The notes: a model not told the origin generated them from the sequence alone. A stretch of DNA of 64,000 nucleotides from Octopus vulgaris (GCA_951406725.2 OX597815.1:126046001-126110000), one strand, 5' to 3'; shown: positions 13,118 to 27,240, counted from the stretch's first letter. Numbers and translations: made by a program.

Positions 13118-13455
13118 AAGTGTATGACTCAGTGGTTAGAGCATCGGACTCACAATCATGAGATAGTGAGTTCGATTCTTAGATCGAGCTGCGTGTGTTC
13201 TTGAGCAAGGCATTTTATTTCACGTTGCTTCAGTTCACTCATCTGTAGAAATGTACTACAGCGTCACTGGTGCCAAGCTGTATCGGTCTTTGCCTTTCCC
13301 TTAGATAACATTGATGGCATGAAGAAGGTAGGTTGGTGTACATGGGCAACTGCTGGTCTTCTACAAACAATCTTTCACAGGCTTGTGCCTCGAAGGGGAA
13401 TTTTCTAGGTGCAATCCCATGGTCATTTATGACCGAATGGGACCTTTACCCGTTT
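13118..13455 (+). mobile_element. tRNA-derived SINE family B
   Basis: gactcagtggttagagc...gagttcgattc A/B boxes, followed by gtgttcttgagcaaggca...cagttcactca core. Confidence 0.65.
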
Positions 13456-15677
13456 ATAAATGAATAGCGATTACTTTAATAAGTATAACATGATACAATA
13501 CACATGTAGTAGGAACTGATATTTTCTGTTTTGAAGTGAGATGCTGTATTTATTGCGCTGTATTGATGGGTTTATTATTTACGAACTTACTTGTGTAGGG
13601 GTTTGCAAAATACTTGGAACGTCGGACAAAATACAATGCCGTATTTATTCCAGCTGTTATCGTTCTGGATTCAAATTTTGCCCGTATGTGCACGGGAAGT
13701 AGGGATGTAAACATATATCTGAAAATTTTTGCAATCTGTTTTGTCCAAGTTACTGTACTACATATATCAAATGTACTACATATATCAAATAACTATTAAC
13801 CAACTCATGACGCTTATAATCACGTGACATACTAGACATCGTAAATGCTAGACGTTTTGTACCAACAAGATTCACTTTTCTAAAGTCCACGAAAGGAAAA
13901 ATCGATTCATGTAGGAACAAACTGAATTAAATTTGTTGTTTTTCTCTTTTGGCATGGATGGGGGAGGTGTGTTATGAATAAAATGTATATCTTTTTTTAT
14001 AATAAACTTCGCATTATTTTGTCTTTTTTAAAAAACATTTATACCATGCCTGGAATTATTCGTATATTTATATTTTCTCCTAAAATCTTTCGATTTCCAA
14101 ATATATCTCAGAGTGCTGTGCTCTTCTTTAAGTGGAGATGATGAAATGATTTGCTGTGTCAGTGCATGATGATTTTCAATGGATTCTGCGTGATTGCCAT
14201 GCATCGCCGATTTTGCTATGATGAATTCAGTGTGACAGATCATGCATTTTACAGGTATCTCATTTTCAAGGAACATATCTCTATAATTCGGCATTTCCAT
14301 TTAGGATTTTTTCAGTTTGTTTTTTCTGTTGGAGAATATTTTACATTATGATCTTTCACATTTATCTAAAGCCCTTCTTTAAAAATGTTTTGCAGCACAG
14401 AAGAATTTGCATCCGTTCTGGAAATACTCGTTTATAAGAGTGACAAAGCTTCTAGATATATTATGTAACTTTCATGTTTGTATTATACAACTGGTTTTGT
14501 ATTATCGCATTTCCCTTCCCAGTAGTTTTCAACGAGCTACTTCCAGATATTAGCAGGACTATGCCTGTAAAGAAGGATAAGTTGTTTATGCTGATATGGT
14601 TGAAACATGTGTTCAGGCAACAGGTTTTGTTGATGGGTCAAGTTTCTTGCCATGGATTGATCTCTCATCCGAAGCAGAGCGTTCATTGTCCGTAGATGAT
14701 CACAAGGTCCAAGCATTAGACTGTAATATGCTTGTTATGGCTTCCCTCATGGATTTAGTCGGTTTCCGTGGGGGTGTTATTTTGGGAACCAATTTTCTTT
14801 TTAGTCCTGTTTTAACATATGCTCCTTAAAAGAGTAATTGCAGTCTAAGGTTACTCCAGTTTTAGATGGAGAAATGTGAAAATTGCAACTGACATTGGTA
14901 ACCATATTGCTGAAGAGCTGTCTTCTATATTAGATATATTATGAGCTAAGTATAGGATATCCAACCACCCGAGAACAATAATGGGGCTATCAAACGCTGT
15001 TTCGGTTCGTTGGGGAAACAGGACTGGCACTACTGGCTACGTATATAGAAAAGCAAATCAGATTATGGAGAACTGCCTTGTCCGCTCTCTGCTACCCTTA
15101 CATACCTTAATTAGAAACCAAAACAACTGTGTTGCGCCATGCGTGATCCCTTTGTTGATATGTATACACTTCTCTTCTAATGACCTGTTGCGGTTAAGTT
15201 ATGCAGCTTCTCTGTGTGTATATCTGCGGTAATCAGCCAAGGAATGCTTTCAGAGAGAAGTTCTTTTCCAGCTCTCATGTCGTTGTCTGTCTCATGTCTG
15301 CATACTTAATCCATGGCTTAATGTCGAAATTTAATGATTAGTAGATATTGTCAAATACATATCATACGATATACAGGGGCTGTTTGAATTGAAATGAACC
15401 TCATTCAATTAAAAGACATGCTATTAAAATGATATGAAAATTTCTAATAAAAGTTAACAACTATTCGATAGTCCGTTACTAACCAACTTTTATATGCTAT
15501 TACGGGATTTTCTGACAGCTGCAATAGAACTGTGTCTGAGAAAAGATCGCAGTCGTCAGACGAACATTTTGACAGTTCAAAAGAGAAATTTAAATTTAAA
15601 GTGAATTTAATATATACATATATACTCATATACATATATTTGCATATACACATTTTATATACACATTTTATATAAAC

Positions 15678-15710
<33 letters not shown>

Positions 15711-15764
15711 CATACATACATACATACATACATACATACATACATACATACATACATACATACA

Positions 15765-15935
15765 GCTAATTCGAAGACAACAAATCCAATCCACCACTGG
15801 AACTGTAAAAATATGTAAAATTTTCCATAACTTTATCATTTAAATATATATGAGCATGTCTAGGTATGCAAATATATGCATGATAATACATGCATAAAAC
15901 AAAACATGCAAATCTGCACATATACATACATACAT
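15765..15935 (+). mobile_element. 5'-truncated 3' piece of the (CATA)n-associated R4-clade element
   Basis: Closely matches 36842-37000 (gctaattcgaagac...gagcatgtctag...aaatctgc); (CATA)n on both sides. Confidence 0.8.
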
Positions 15936-16954
15936 AAATAATACATATATACATACATACATACATACATTCATACATACATACATACATACATACATAC
16001 ATACATACATTCATACATACATACATACATTCATACATACATTCATACATACATACATACATTCATACATACATACATTCATACATACATACATACATAC
16101 ATACATACATACATACATACATAATACATACATACATACATACATACATACATACATACATACATACATACATACATACATACATACATACATGCACATG
16201 CATATATACATATGTATGTATATGCGAATTTCGAGAGTGCCGGCAGTCACAACAGACGATTCTCGTTTGTTACGATTTATGCGCGTGCTTTTATGCATGA
16301 AGCGCCTATGTGAGAGGTTCTCGTAAGGCTAATAACGAACTATTCGGTGTTCTAACAAGAATTTCACATTTAATTGGATATAAAAATTGCTTTTGGCAGT
16401 AATACTGATTTTTGCAAAATAATATACATATCAACAAAAGGATCACGCAAGGCGCAACACATCTGTCTTTGCTTATGACCCTGAGATGCCTTCTGACGAT
16501 ACGGATGGGTTTGCAGCACTGCAATAGATGCTTGCAAAACCTCTGAGCAGCCCCTGAAGTTTCTAATGTTTATTTCACCTGTGAAATTTCTAGGACATTT
16601 TATAAATAGAAGGGTAGTCTTACAGTTGTTTCAAGGATATAAAGGGATGATATGAGAGAGTTAAATAGAAGGAAATAGTAGAGTTCAATATAAGAATTTA
16701 TTTTGCAAAGGGAGAAATAGAGGAAATATGAAGGGAAATATAAGAAAAAAAATAAAGATATATGTTGGATATTAAACTTGCTGTTCCATTATCCAAGGAA
16801 TGCGTTGTGTAGAATAGGTAAAAATGCTTCTTGTCCATGGCATGTAAGTTCCGATAGGAGCTCATATTTTGTTACTACAAATGGATAGTGTGCAGGTCCT
16901 TCCGTAGCACTTACATAGCCTTACCTGCCATTTGGATCTTCTGGATACCAAAAC

Positions 16955-16999
<45 letters not shown>

Positions 17000-17004
17000 C
17001 TTAG

Positions 17005-17790
17005 AATAACTTAGAAAGGTTTTGGCCAGTATTGGCCCAGGCCATGTCTAACTTAATAGCACCACCTGGCGAAGTCTTTCAGTTCAGGATTTGGGCACCA
17101 AGGCCCATTCGAGCAGAGAGTTATTATTTGCGGAGACATATCCGGGTTTGGGTGGTTTGTCCGGTACTGTTTGAAGGAATTTGTCCAAAGACTTCTTGAA
17201 TTTTGTGTGGTCAGTTTCTTTTTTGACGTGTCCTGGTGTAATGTTGAAGAGAGCGGGTCCAATTGAGGTGAACTAGTTGTGCCGTATTGTCGTTATGTGA
17301 TGCGATTTAGATTTTTGCTGTGGACGGATGGCACGTGGTCCAAGCCTTGGATGTATTTTGAAGGTGATGCCAACATCATTCGGACAGTGCTGATGGAATA
17401 TTTTCCACAGCATACAGATAATGTAGCGTTCACGGCGTCGTTGGAGTGAATACAATTTCAGCTTCTCTAGTCTACCCCAGTAGTCAAGGTCTGACATGCC
17501 ATCTATCTTTTTTGTGATTGACCTTTGGGGAGCTTCAATTCTCATAATATTTTGTTTTGTGTAGGGAGACCACAGTGGACAGCAGTATTCAAGGTGGGGT
17601 CGGGCAAAAGTGGAGAAGAGAAGGATAATAGCGTGGGAATCTCTCGACTGGAAGGTTCTGAGAATCCAGGAACACATTCTGCGGGCCATGTCAACTTTGC
17701 TGCTTATATGTGTAGCCCTGCTTATGTTGTTGTCCACTGTTACTTCCAAGTCTCTGATGTTGTTGGATGTCATGAGAATTTCTCCAGAAG
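17005..17790 (-). mobile_element. CR1/L2-group LINE 3' fragment (RT thumb region)
   Basis: RDLEVTVD...RPHLEYCCPLWSPY...DYWGRLEKLKLYSLQRRRERY, then a 3' UTR ending in a short tandem tail. Confidence 0.85.
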
Positions 17791-17818
17791 GAAGAGAATA
17801 TATATATATATACATACA

Positions 17819-17849
<31 letters not shown>

Positions 17850-18023
17850 CTGACAACTGATGAAAGGTCCTTTTTCTGTGTTAACTTGTCCTGTTTTCCG
17901 TTTTTCTCATTGTTTACGTATTTCACTCGTTTTTGTCCTGTAATTACTGTCCACGTCTTGTATCTATCTCTCGTGTGTATGTTATTTGCACCGTTGGTGA
18001 TGTCCTGTACCATATATGCACGC

Positions 18024-18070
<47 letters not shown>

Positions 18071-18074
<4 letters not shown>

Positions 18075-18256
18075 GGTCCCGGGTTGATTCGGGGTTAACC
18101 ACAGTAAATAAGGTACTCAATACATAGCAGAGTAAAAATAATTTATTATATAGAAGGAGCTTCTACAGGACTAGAACTGTTTCATTCAAGAGAAATCTTC
18201 TGCTTCCTGAAGATTTCTCTTGAATGAAACAGTTCTAGTCCTGTAGAAGCTCCTTC

Positions 18257-18265
<9 letters not shown>
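18071..18265. mobile_element. Fold-back Penelope-like terminus in (TA)n within tyrosinase intron 1
   Basis: Perfect 57-bp inverted arms 18144-18200 and 18209-18265 with an 8-nt loop. The left arm extends 73 nt further to (TA)n. Confidence 0.75.
18202..18250 (+). ncRNA. Type I hammerhead ribozyme
   Basis: GCTTC-CTGAAGA-TTTC-TCTT-GAAT-GAAA-CAG-ttctagtc-CTG-TA-GAAGC. Stems I and III are perfect; the GUA cleavage triplet ends at 18245. Confidence 0.7.
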
Positions 18266-18309
<44 letters not shown>

Positions 18310-18323
18310 CATACATAAACACA

Positions 18324-18395
<72 letters not shown>

Positions 18396-18793
18396 TATAT
18401 CTTTACATGCATGGGCAATAGAAAATATTTATAGATTTTCAACCAAAACCTTATGTTACAGCGAATGTAAGCGTCACGCCCGTATACACAGTGTGCTTGC
18501 AGACTGAAAGAGAAAGAACAGCTGTTTATGCTGCACATTTCAGCTCTGCCTAGAGTGCCATTAGTAGCTGTGCACCTTCCTTAACTAATATACATATGTG
18601 TGTGCGTGCGCGCATGTGCGTGTGTGTGTTTGTGTTTATATACAATTCTTTCTGGGAAACGTATACATATCTCGAAGTACACACGTAAAGCTGTAAACAA
18701 TAGCGTGTAAATATTGGTCTGAAAACCTCCTTTGTATAGAAAAAGGCGGAGGCTGGTTATGGGACTCGAACTCAAATCTCCTGAAGAAATGAC

Positions 18794-18834
<41 letters not shown>

Positions 18835-18996
18835 ACACACACACACATACACACACACACCAACACGGCACGCGTGTTCACACATGCACCCCAACACGCG
18901 TGCACGTGCACACATGCATGCACATACACACTCATTAGTGAGCACACACGTCCGAATGCGCCCCTACCACGCACGCGTGCAAATACACTCTTTCTT

Positions 18997-19048
<52 letters not shown>

Positions 19049-19767
19049 CCTTTCTCCCTCTGTCGCATTTTACAGATGTTGTTTCGAATCCGACGGGAAA
19101 CTTTCAACTTTTTTCTATTCAAAAAGGATTTTCATCCCAAAATTTACGTGGTATTGTTTATAGGTGTCTGCTTCGAGATATTCTATTCCAAAACAGGATT
19201 ATTTCACGTTCTCTCGAAAGATTATAAAATTCTTATAAGGTCAACGATGTATGTATGAATATTTTGCTTTTGTTTTTGGTTTGCAAGATTCTTGTTGTGA
19301 ACTTGTGAGTTGAAACGATTTTTGTTATATCTTAAGGGAGGGTCGTTATGCCAAAAATAAACACACGCACTGGTTCTGATTTACTTCCTTTTATTATTAT
19401 TATTTGCCAGTTAGTTTACCATTTAGCCAATTAACTAATCGATTGTTTGGTTAATCTTTCGGTTAATTAATCAATCGTCGAGGTGTTTCAAATTGTTTCG
19501 CCGCCATTCGCGTTTTCATCTATGAAACACTTTCTCTGCTATGGGTCTGCTTCAGATCTGCCTGTCTCCTAGATTGCAAGTTCTATGTTTATATTTATAT
19601 GGATGTGAGAGTGGGAAGGAAGGAGGGAGAAAGAGAAAAAGAGAGCGCGTGTGCCAGCGTTGATGAATGTGTGTGTGTGGATTCATGTGTATGAGAGTGC
19701 ACGTTCTTGCTTGCTTGTCTGTGTGCGTAAGTGCATGCGTGTGTGTAAGTGTGTATGTGTGTTTGTT

Positions 19768-19831
<64 letters not shown>

Positions 19832-20959
19832 GGTAAGCGTTAAAGAGGTGGCCGAACGGCAAAAACCTTTCTTCTGGTTATGAAACACGTTTCCCACATA
19901 TTTCGCTAAGTCTATATAGCTAATGTAGACTTAACACTGAGGATTAAAAACGTACAGCTTCTCTCGAAGTGGGGGCGAAATAATGCATGCGAAAAGAAGT
20001 AACAGTGGGCGTAGAATGTTATGGGCTGAGAGAGGACGACAACGATGATTGTGACGACGACGACGACGACGACGAAGTCAATGACGAAGACGACAACGAT
20101 GGCAACGACGACGACGATGATGATGGTGGTGGTGATGATGATGATGGTGAGGATGATGATGAATACAGCGGTAGTGGGTTATGGTGTTAATGATTACGAT
20201 GATGGTTTAGGTAATAAAACACGTCAAAGCGTTTTATTCCCTCTGCGCGCACTTAAGAACCACTTCAGATAAGCTGTTATTGAAGGTAAGTTGAACTTTC
20301 TGTCTTCCTAGGCATATATCAATCACCATCGTCGTCGGCGACATCGTCATCATCATTATCATCATTATCATCTTCATTTTCGTCGTCATCATCATCACTG
20401 CCTTTTCGTTTACACAATCATTCAAGCTGATGTTGTAGGCAACCAATTATAAATCGATGAATTATTTTGCATGGACATCTACCTTGGGTGGAGTGAGAAC
20501 GTGCGTCACCATTATCCAAAATCAATTTACATCGTCCCCCCACCACCAAATATGTCGACGCGGAATCTCTCATACCTGCGAGAGAGATGACTACATATGC
20601 AAGAAGACTTCAATGTGGAAAGTTTTAAATCTTTTATTGCGGAAACCAGAAATACCTATTCACAATTTCATCATCCCTAATCACAGAAAGCAATTTTTTA
20701 TACCGATGGTTTTTTTTGAGGAATGTTATGTTGGAAACTATTTTTTCTGAGGCATATCAAGTTTAGAGGCAATGTGTCTTGAAGAAAATACCAGTTCAAA
20801 GTTTTGGTAAATATTTAACGTTATTACGAGGATAAATATGAATTTCAATTTCGAAGTTAAAGGATTAAGAGTGAGATGTACACAAATCATGGTACATAAC
20901 ACACAAACCAAGGTATAATAATATCCGTTTCAAATTTTATCACATGCTGAGCAATTTCG

Positions 20960-21140
20960 GGAAAGAAGTTAAGTCGAATACATCAACCCCAGCGTTCAAC
21001 TGGTATTTATTTTATCGACCTCAAAAGGATGAAAGGCAAAGTTGACCTCGGCAGAATTTGAATTCAGAACGTAAACACGGACGAAATGTTGCTACGCATT
21101 TCGCCCGGCGTGCTAACGATTCTGCCATCTCGCCGCCATT
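20960..21140 (-). mobile_element. SINE family A
   Basis: Reverse complement of the family A head and core. Confidence 0.7.
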
Positions 21141-21148
21141 ATATATAT

Positions 21149-21306
21149 AGGTGTGGCTGAGCGGTAGGAAGATTGCTTCGCAACCACATGGTTCCGGGTT
21201 CAGTCCCATTGCATGGAACCTTGGTTAAATGTCTTTTATTATAGCCTCAAGCCGACCAAAGCTTTGTGAATGGATTTAGCAGACGGCAGCTAAAAGAAGC
21301 CTGTCA
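21149..21306 (+). mobile_element. tRNA-derived SINE family C (related copies ~1305-1390 -, ~46458-46625 +, ~49296-49458 -, ~50066-50235 +)
   Basis: ggtgtggctgagcggtaggaag...ccgggttcagtccc A/B boxes; repeated in this window. Confidence 0.7.
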
Positions 21307-21348
21307 TTTATATAGGCATACATACATACATACAAGCATACACACACA

Positions 21349-21410
<62 letters not shown>

Positions 21411-21506
21411 TATATAGTTAATCCAAACATGAAAACACAAAGAGAAAACACAACAACGCGAGGACGTGGAACAAGTATAGTGTTATTGGACACCCAGGAA
21501 AGGAAA

Positions 21507-21563
<57 letters not shown>

Positions 21564-22536
21564 CATACAGTCTGAAACGAGTGAAAGGTAAGAAATATAT
21601 GGTCTAGTATTAGTTAAATAAACTCATGGAAGAAATTGTAAGAGTCATTTCTTTGTACAATGGGATACAAAACAAAGAAAATAAGACAATGGAAATGATT
21701 ACATGTGCAACGAGCGAGTCTCCAAACATAATGAAAAAGGTGGACACCGCAACAAAATGGAAAGAATAAAGAAAATAAGAGAATTGTCCATGACTGAATC
21801 GATCAGTTTAATTTAATGGAAAGAATCTTTCAAGTTATGAGTAATGAAAAATATCTTTGAAAGACAGTTAAATACTATCAGGAATTTACAGACGCAAACG
21901 TGAACATCACTCTGCTAAATAATGTACAGAAATAACACAACTGACTTTTAGTGCTAACATATTCGCGAATATAATGACAAAAATCTTTAACCTTGCGTTA
22001 ATAATTATATATAAATAGTGTTTTCTTACATTCGTAATTAAGATTGCTATCGAATATGTTGAGATTCTGCAAGTGTTGCCATATATACAATTGTGAACTC
22101 TTGTAAATTATCGTCTAAATTTCAGCAAGATGTCATTAAAGCTTACTTTAAAATTGAATTTCATCTTGGTTTATTCACACTTCAATTTAATTTACTAATC
22201 CTCGGGATAGCCACATACTTTTAATAAATATCAGTTTGTCTTTATGCTGAATGAAGTTACACACAAAGGAACTCATAAGACTTACCTGGGATTCCTTCCG
22301 AACTCAGTATCCCACCTCCAAACAACTTGTCCGAAAATACTGCTTCTTGCTCTACGATGACTCCCCAACAGTTTTAAAAACCATTTCGATTCAAATGAAT
22401 AGTTGTACGACTCTGTAGTATGAGCCCAGCTCACTGCTCGCAAATATTTACTTGCGTAGTTTGTTGATTAATACGTAGAATCTCTAGAGAGACTTGACTT
22501 AGACTGTAACCTCAAAAGCTTCACGGCCGACATGCA

Positions 22537-23319
22537 GTCACAACAGAAGTTGGTGGAAAAAATAGGTGGAATTGTCTGATGAAAGGAACTCTAAAAAAGA
22601 GGCCGAGAGCACTATACTGCAGCGCAAGATCAAGCTTTGGCCACGAACTGGAGGTTCAATCTTAGGAATGAGCAAGTGTCTCCGCTGTGCTACTTCTACA
22701 ATAGAGTGGATGAAACCATTTCCCATACCGCGAATGAAAGCTCTAGACTTGCCCACAAACACTACAAGTTGTGGCGACACGATTCGATCAGGTAGCGAAA
22801 GTGCTACATTACAAACTGTGCGAAAAATGGGGTCTTGAGAGAGGTAAGACGTGGTATGAGAACAAACCGCAAAGACTAGTCGGAGATTAGCAAAATCCTC
22901 TGGGATTTCCCTATCCAAACAGATCAGGTGCTAGAGTATAACAGACCGAACCTTGTGGTGGTGGATAAGGTGCACCACATATGCTATATAGTTGATGTTG
23001 CATGCCCCTTTGACCCACGGATAGTAAAGAAGGAAGACGAAAAGATAGATAATACAACCCTCTTAAGTATGAAATAATCCGACTATGGTAAGATAGTGCC
23101 AGTTATTGTTGGGTCCTTGCGAAAAATATCAGAAGCATCAAGGGGAATATAAAGGAAACTGGAATAGAGTGCTTAGTAGAAATGTTCTTCATGGCCAGAA
23201 TAATTAGGAAAATATTAGATAGCTGAAAAGAACGATAACATGATGCCGTGGGCTGAAGGTAGTAAGCTCGCTACGCTAGTAAGACTACAAAAGCTCCAAC
23301 AAAACCTGTGATAAAGAGA

Positions 23320-23320
<1 letters not shown>
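22537..23320 (+). mobile_element. R4/Dong-clade non-LTR retrotransposon, 3' fragment (family A) with (TAA)n tail
   Basis: Frameshifted LWDFPIQTDQVLEYNRPNLVVVDKVHHICYIVDVACP RLE motif; (TAA)n at 23321-23397; homologous to 25210-25740. Confidence 0.8.
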
Positions 23321-23399
<79 letters not shown>

Positions 23400-24053
23400 T
23401 GATGATGATAAGTAGGTAAGTCCATAGTTATTTTATCGATACGGAATTAATGAAAGACAAAATCGACCACAGCGGAATTTGAACTCAGAACGTAAAGGCT
23501 CCGGAAGAGCATTTTCTCCGAGGTGTTACCGATTCTGCCAGCTCATCATCCTTCCTAGTTATATAGTGTTAGTAAAAGGTCGGAATGTCACAGACGGAAT
23601 GTTTTTGATCATACACCTGCTGGAATCAAAGTTGATCCGGTAAATACATTTCGTCCAAGCTGCCTTGTTTGGCTCAATTTCTGAGGTATTGTAAAGTTCT
23701 TATTTTACCTAAGAACATTTGTAACAAACTGAAGTTTAGTGGTTTCAGTCAAGAATTGAAACATTTTATTTACATGACGCTTGGTAAGTAAGTAAATATA
23801 TTGAGTTATTAGTTAGGCAAAAGGATGTAAGTTTATGTGTAAAAATCATATGATGTAGTGTTCGTAATTGCTTCCATTGGTATTAGCAACGAAAGAGAAG
23901 GAAAATCGCCTCAAAAGGAAATGAAAATAGCGTCGCAGACTTAACTGGTTTAAGACATATCGCAAGTTCTGTGACACGTTTGGAGCTTCTCTTTTGATTT
24001 TTTGATACTAACCACTGGATGTGTGACTATGTTAATTCTGTTTCTTTTTCTAG

Positions 24054-24166
24054 AGCGTTTTACCTAATAAATTTGAAATTATTGCGGATCTTCATAACGG
24101 TCAAGTAACTAATTCAGCTCATGGTGGTCCTGGATTTCTCCCTTGGCATAGGGTGTATATGATGAT
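24054..24166 (+). CDS. tyr: Tyrosinase-like protein, coding exon 2 (CuA site)
   Basis: tttctttttctag| acceptor; translates SVLPNKFEIIADLHNGQVTNSAHGGPGFLPWHRVYMM(I) with three CuA histidines; GTAAGT donor at 24167, phase 2. Confidence 0.92.
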
Positions 24167-24741
24167 GTAAGTAAAGTTTCTTAAAGATCTATTTATTTTC
24201 TGACGTTTTTATTGTAGAATAGATAGACACTCGGGAACCGAGCTTTTAATCTAAGTTCGATTCCTGAGTAAAAGATATAAAATATTTGAAAGACACAATG
24301 ATCATTTTATTCTTATCTGAAAGCAATAACCCTAATCACCTACAATGAAAAGTCGAGATTGATTGACTCTGCTTAAAGGGTCAATGTGAAATAAATACGA
24401 TTTTAATAGTGCTAGGCCAAGCACTTTCCGATAAAGGTTTAATAAGAAATTTCATCAAGCTTGCATCGGCTCTTAATGAATAAAGCGTATGAATTGGGTA
24501 TAGTGTATATGTTGCCTATATAATATATGATAGCGTTATTATATATTTATTGATATATTCATAAATCTAATGGGAGCTAATCTTGTGAAAATTGGAATAT
24601 TTTGTAGATAGAATAGAATAATACGTTGAGAACCTGAAAGGCTGACTAGAATTAAAAATACACATATGTACAGAAATGAGTTGAATAAAATTATTTTTTA
24701 AACAGATTCACAACATACAATTATGTTATGAAGTAATAATA

Positions 24742-25740
24742 CCTGGGAATACTTGAGGTAGATGGAATTAAACACCACGGCGAGTGAGAAAAATATGGGC
24801 TTCAAAGCTGAACGCCAGAAACATAATTTCGGCAATAAACTCGCGCGTAGTCGCAGTCGTTCGGTATAGCGTTGGAATCCTGAAGTGGACAGAGGTGGAG
24901 CTAAAGGAGATAAACAGGAAGTCAAGAAATCTCCTAATGATGCATGGGGTCCATCATTCACATGCAAACACTGATCAACTATACACGAAGAGAGCAAATG
25001 GAGGAAGGAGGCCGATAAGTGTGGAAGACTGCGTGCCAATCGAACTCGACAGCTTAATGAGATATCTAGACTAAATTAAGAACACTTTGCTAGTGATAGT
25101 TAGGAACGAGGGAGTATTGAGATCAGAGGAAAAAGAGAAAACAGAGGAATAAGAACAAAAAAAACATGAAGTAGAATTACGTAAGAAGGGACTACACAAT
25201 CAATTCTATGTAGCCACAACAGAAGTTGCTGGAAAAAATAGATGAGATTGGCTGATGAAAGGAACCCTAAAAAAAAAGAGATCGAGAGCACTATATTGGC
25301 AGCACAAGACTAAACTTTGGCCATGAACCGGAGGGTCAAACTTACGAATGAGCAAGTGTCTCTGCTGTACCGCATCTGCAATAGAGTGGACGAAACGACT
25401 GCCCATATCTCGAACGAATGCCCTAGACTTGCCCCAAACCACAAGTTATGGTGACACGACCAGGTAGCGAAAGTGCTACATTACAAACTGTGCGAAAAGA
25501 GAGAAGCAAGAGGTGGTATGAGAACAAACTGCAGAGACTAGTCGGAGACTAGCAAAATCCTCTGGGATTTCCCAATTCAAACAGATCAGGTGCTAGAGCA
25601 TAAGAGACTGGACCTAGTGGTGATAGACAAGGTGCACCACATATGCTATATAGTTGATGCTGCATGCCCCTTTGACCCACAAATAGTCAAGAAGGAAAGT
25701 GAAAAGATAGATAACTACAACCTACTTAAGTACGAAATAG
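24742..25740 (+). mobile_element. R4/Dong-clade fragment (family A)
   Basis: SKLNARNIISAINSRVVAVVRYSVGILKW...LYTKRANGGR and RLDLVVIDKVHHICYIVDAACPFD; preceded by a short taataataa. Confidence 0.8.
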
Positions 25741-25906
25741 TCATGACAACCCGTCTGATAAGGGTGCACCAGGCACGTGCATCATAACTATTATTATTAT
25801 TGAGTAAGAGAGCAGTGCATGCCATCAAAGTGACACTGATGGGTATATGAGCTTCGTATATTTTGCCCTAGTGTCACTTTGATGTCATGCACTGCTCCCT
25901 CACTCG

Positions 25907-26002
<96 letters not shown>

Positions 26003-26057
26003 TATAATAATAATAATAATAATAATAATGATAATATTAATGATAATGATAATAATG

Positions 26058-27240
26058 GAGTGGGGGGTAAAAAATGGTAAAAGAGAGAAATGTAAAAAGT
26101 GGATGCCAAGTCTAGAAAAATGTTGGCAGTACATGGAGCCTTCCATCCTAAGGGTGACACCGATAGGCTGTACTTGTCTAGAAGGAAGGATGGGAGAAGC
26201 TTGATTAGTTGACAGGACTGTATTGAAGTAGAGAAAAACAGCCTAGGGTGGTATATAAAAATTGCAGTGGAGCCACTGCTGAAACACACGAAGGCCAGTC
26301 TCATCAATACTGAAAACTGTGAAACTAAAGAAAAATTTAAGCAAGAAATGAACAAGATAAAGAAAAAGCAGGGAAGGAAAATAAAATGTACAGTAAGTTT
26401 GCGAGAGATGTGAACACCAAGGCAGATGTAAAAGACCTGAGACTCTGGATGAGGAGGAGTGACCTGAATATAGAGACAGAACCACTCATATGCGCAGCTC
26501 AAGAAGAAGCGTTAAGGACCAATTATATGAAGTGCAGAATAGACAAAACTACCGATAGCGACAAATGCAGAATTTAATGTGTGGTAAGAGGGGTGGAACG
26601 GTATGGCACATCGTTAGCGAATAACCAAAATTAGCACAACGCAAAAACAAAAGACGCCATGACAATGTGGCAAGAATGATCAATTGGTCACTCTGTGGAA
26701 ATCACGGCTTACAAAGAGCAAAGACGTGGTATCAGCAAAACCCAGAAGCCACCGAAATTGAGAACTGCAAAATCCAGTGTGATGCAATGATCCAGTGCGA
26801 TCACCTGACAACGGAAAACGGACGTTGTTGTGGTGAATAAAAAACGGAAAACGGATATTGTTGTGGTGAATAAAAAACAAAGAACATGCATGATAATCGA
26901 CATAGCATGCCCCAGTGACAACTGGATGAATGTGAAAGAAGAAAAAATAAGCAACTATGACGATTTAAAGTGGGAAATACGAAGGTTGTGGTCAATGAAG
27001 AGAGTAAGCGTGATACTAATAGTAATTGTTGCGCTTGGAAGTATACCAATATGGCTGGAAAATATCGGTGCAAGTGTGAAGGTAGAACACCTACAAAAAT
27101 CAGCATTGCTTGGAACTGTAAGAATTCTTTGCAAAGTTCTTGAAGCATGACCAGTAAAATAAGTGTCACCTTAGTCTGCTGGCTGTGGAAAGCTGACACT
27201 TTCCATCTTACCCAGCAAAATAAGCTGTGGGTTTTAATAT
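26058..27240 (+). mobile_element. R4/Dong-clade 5'-truncated copy (family B) between (TAA)n tracts
   Basis: ETEPLICAAQEEALRTNY...DKCRI and KTDIVVVNKKQRTCMIIDIACP...KSALLGTVRILCKVL. Confidence 0.85.

Noticed and set aside
17850-18025. CTGATGA-AAGG hammerhead start
   Set aside because: No matching GAAA/stem III half was found nearby; at most a truncated terminus.
19987-20446. Asp-rich and Met/Thr-rich ORFs
   Set aside because: (GAC/GAT)n simple repeats inside an intron with no splice or homology support.
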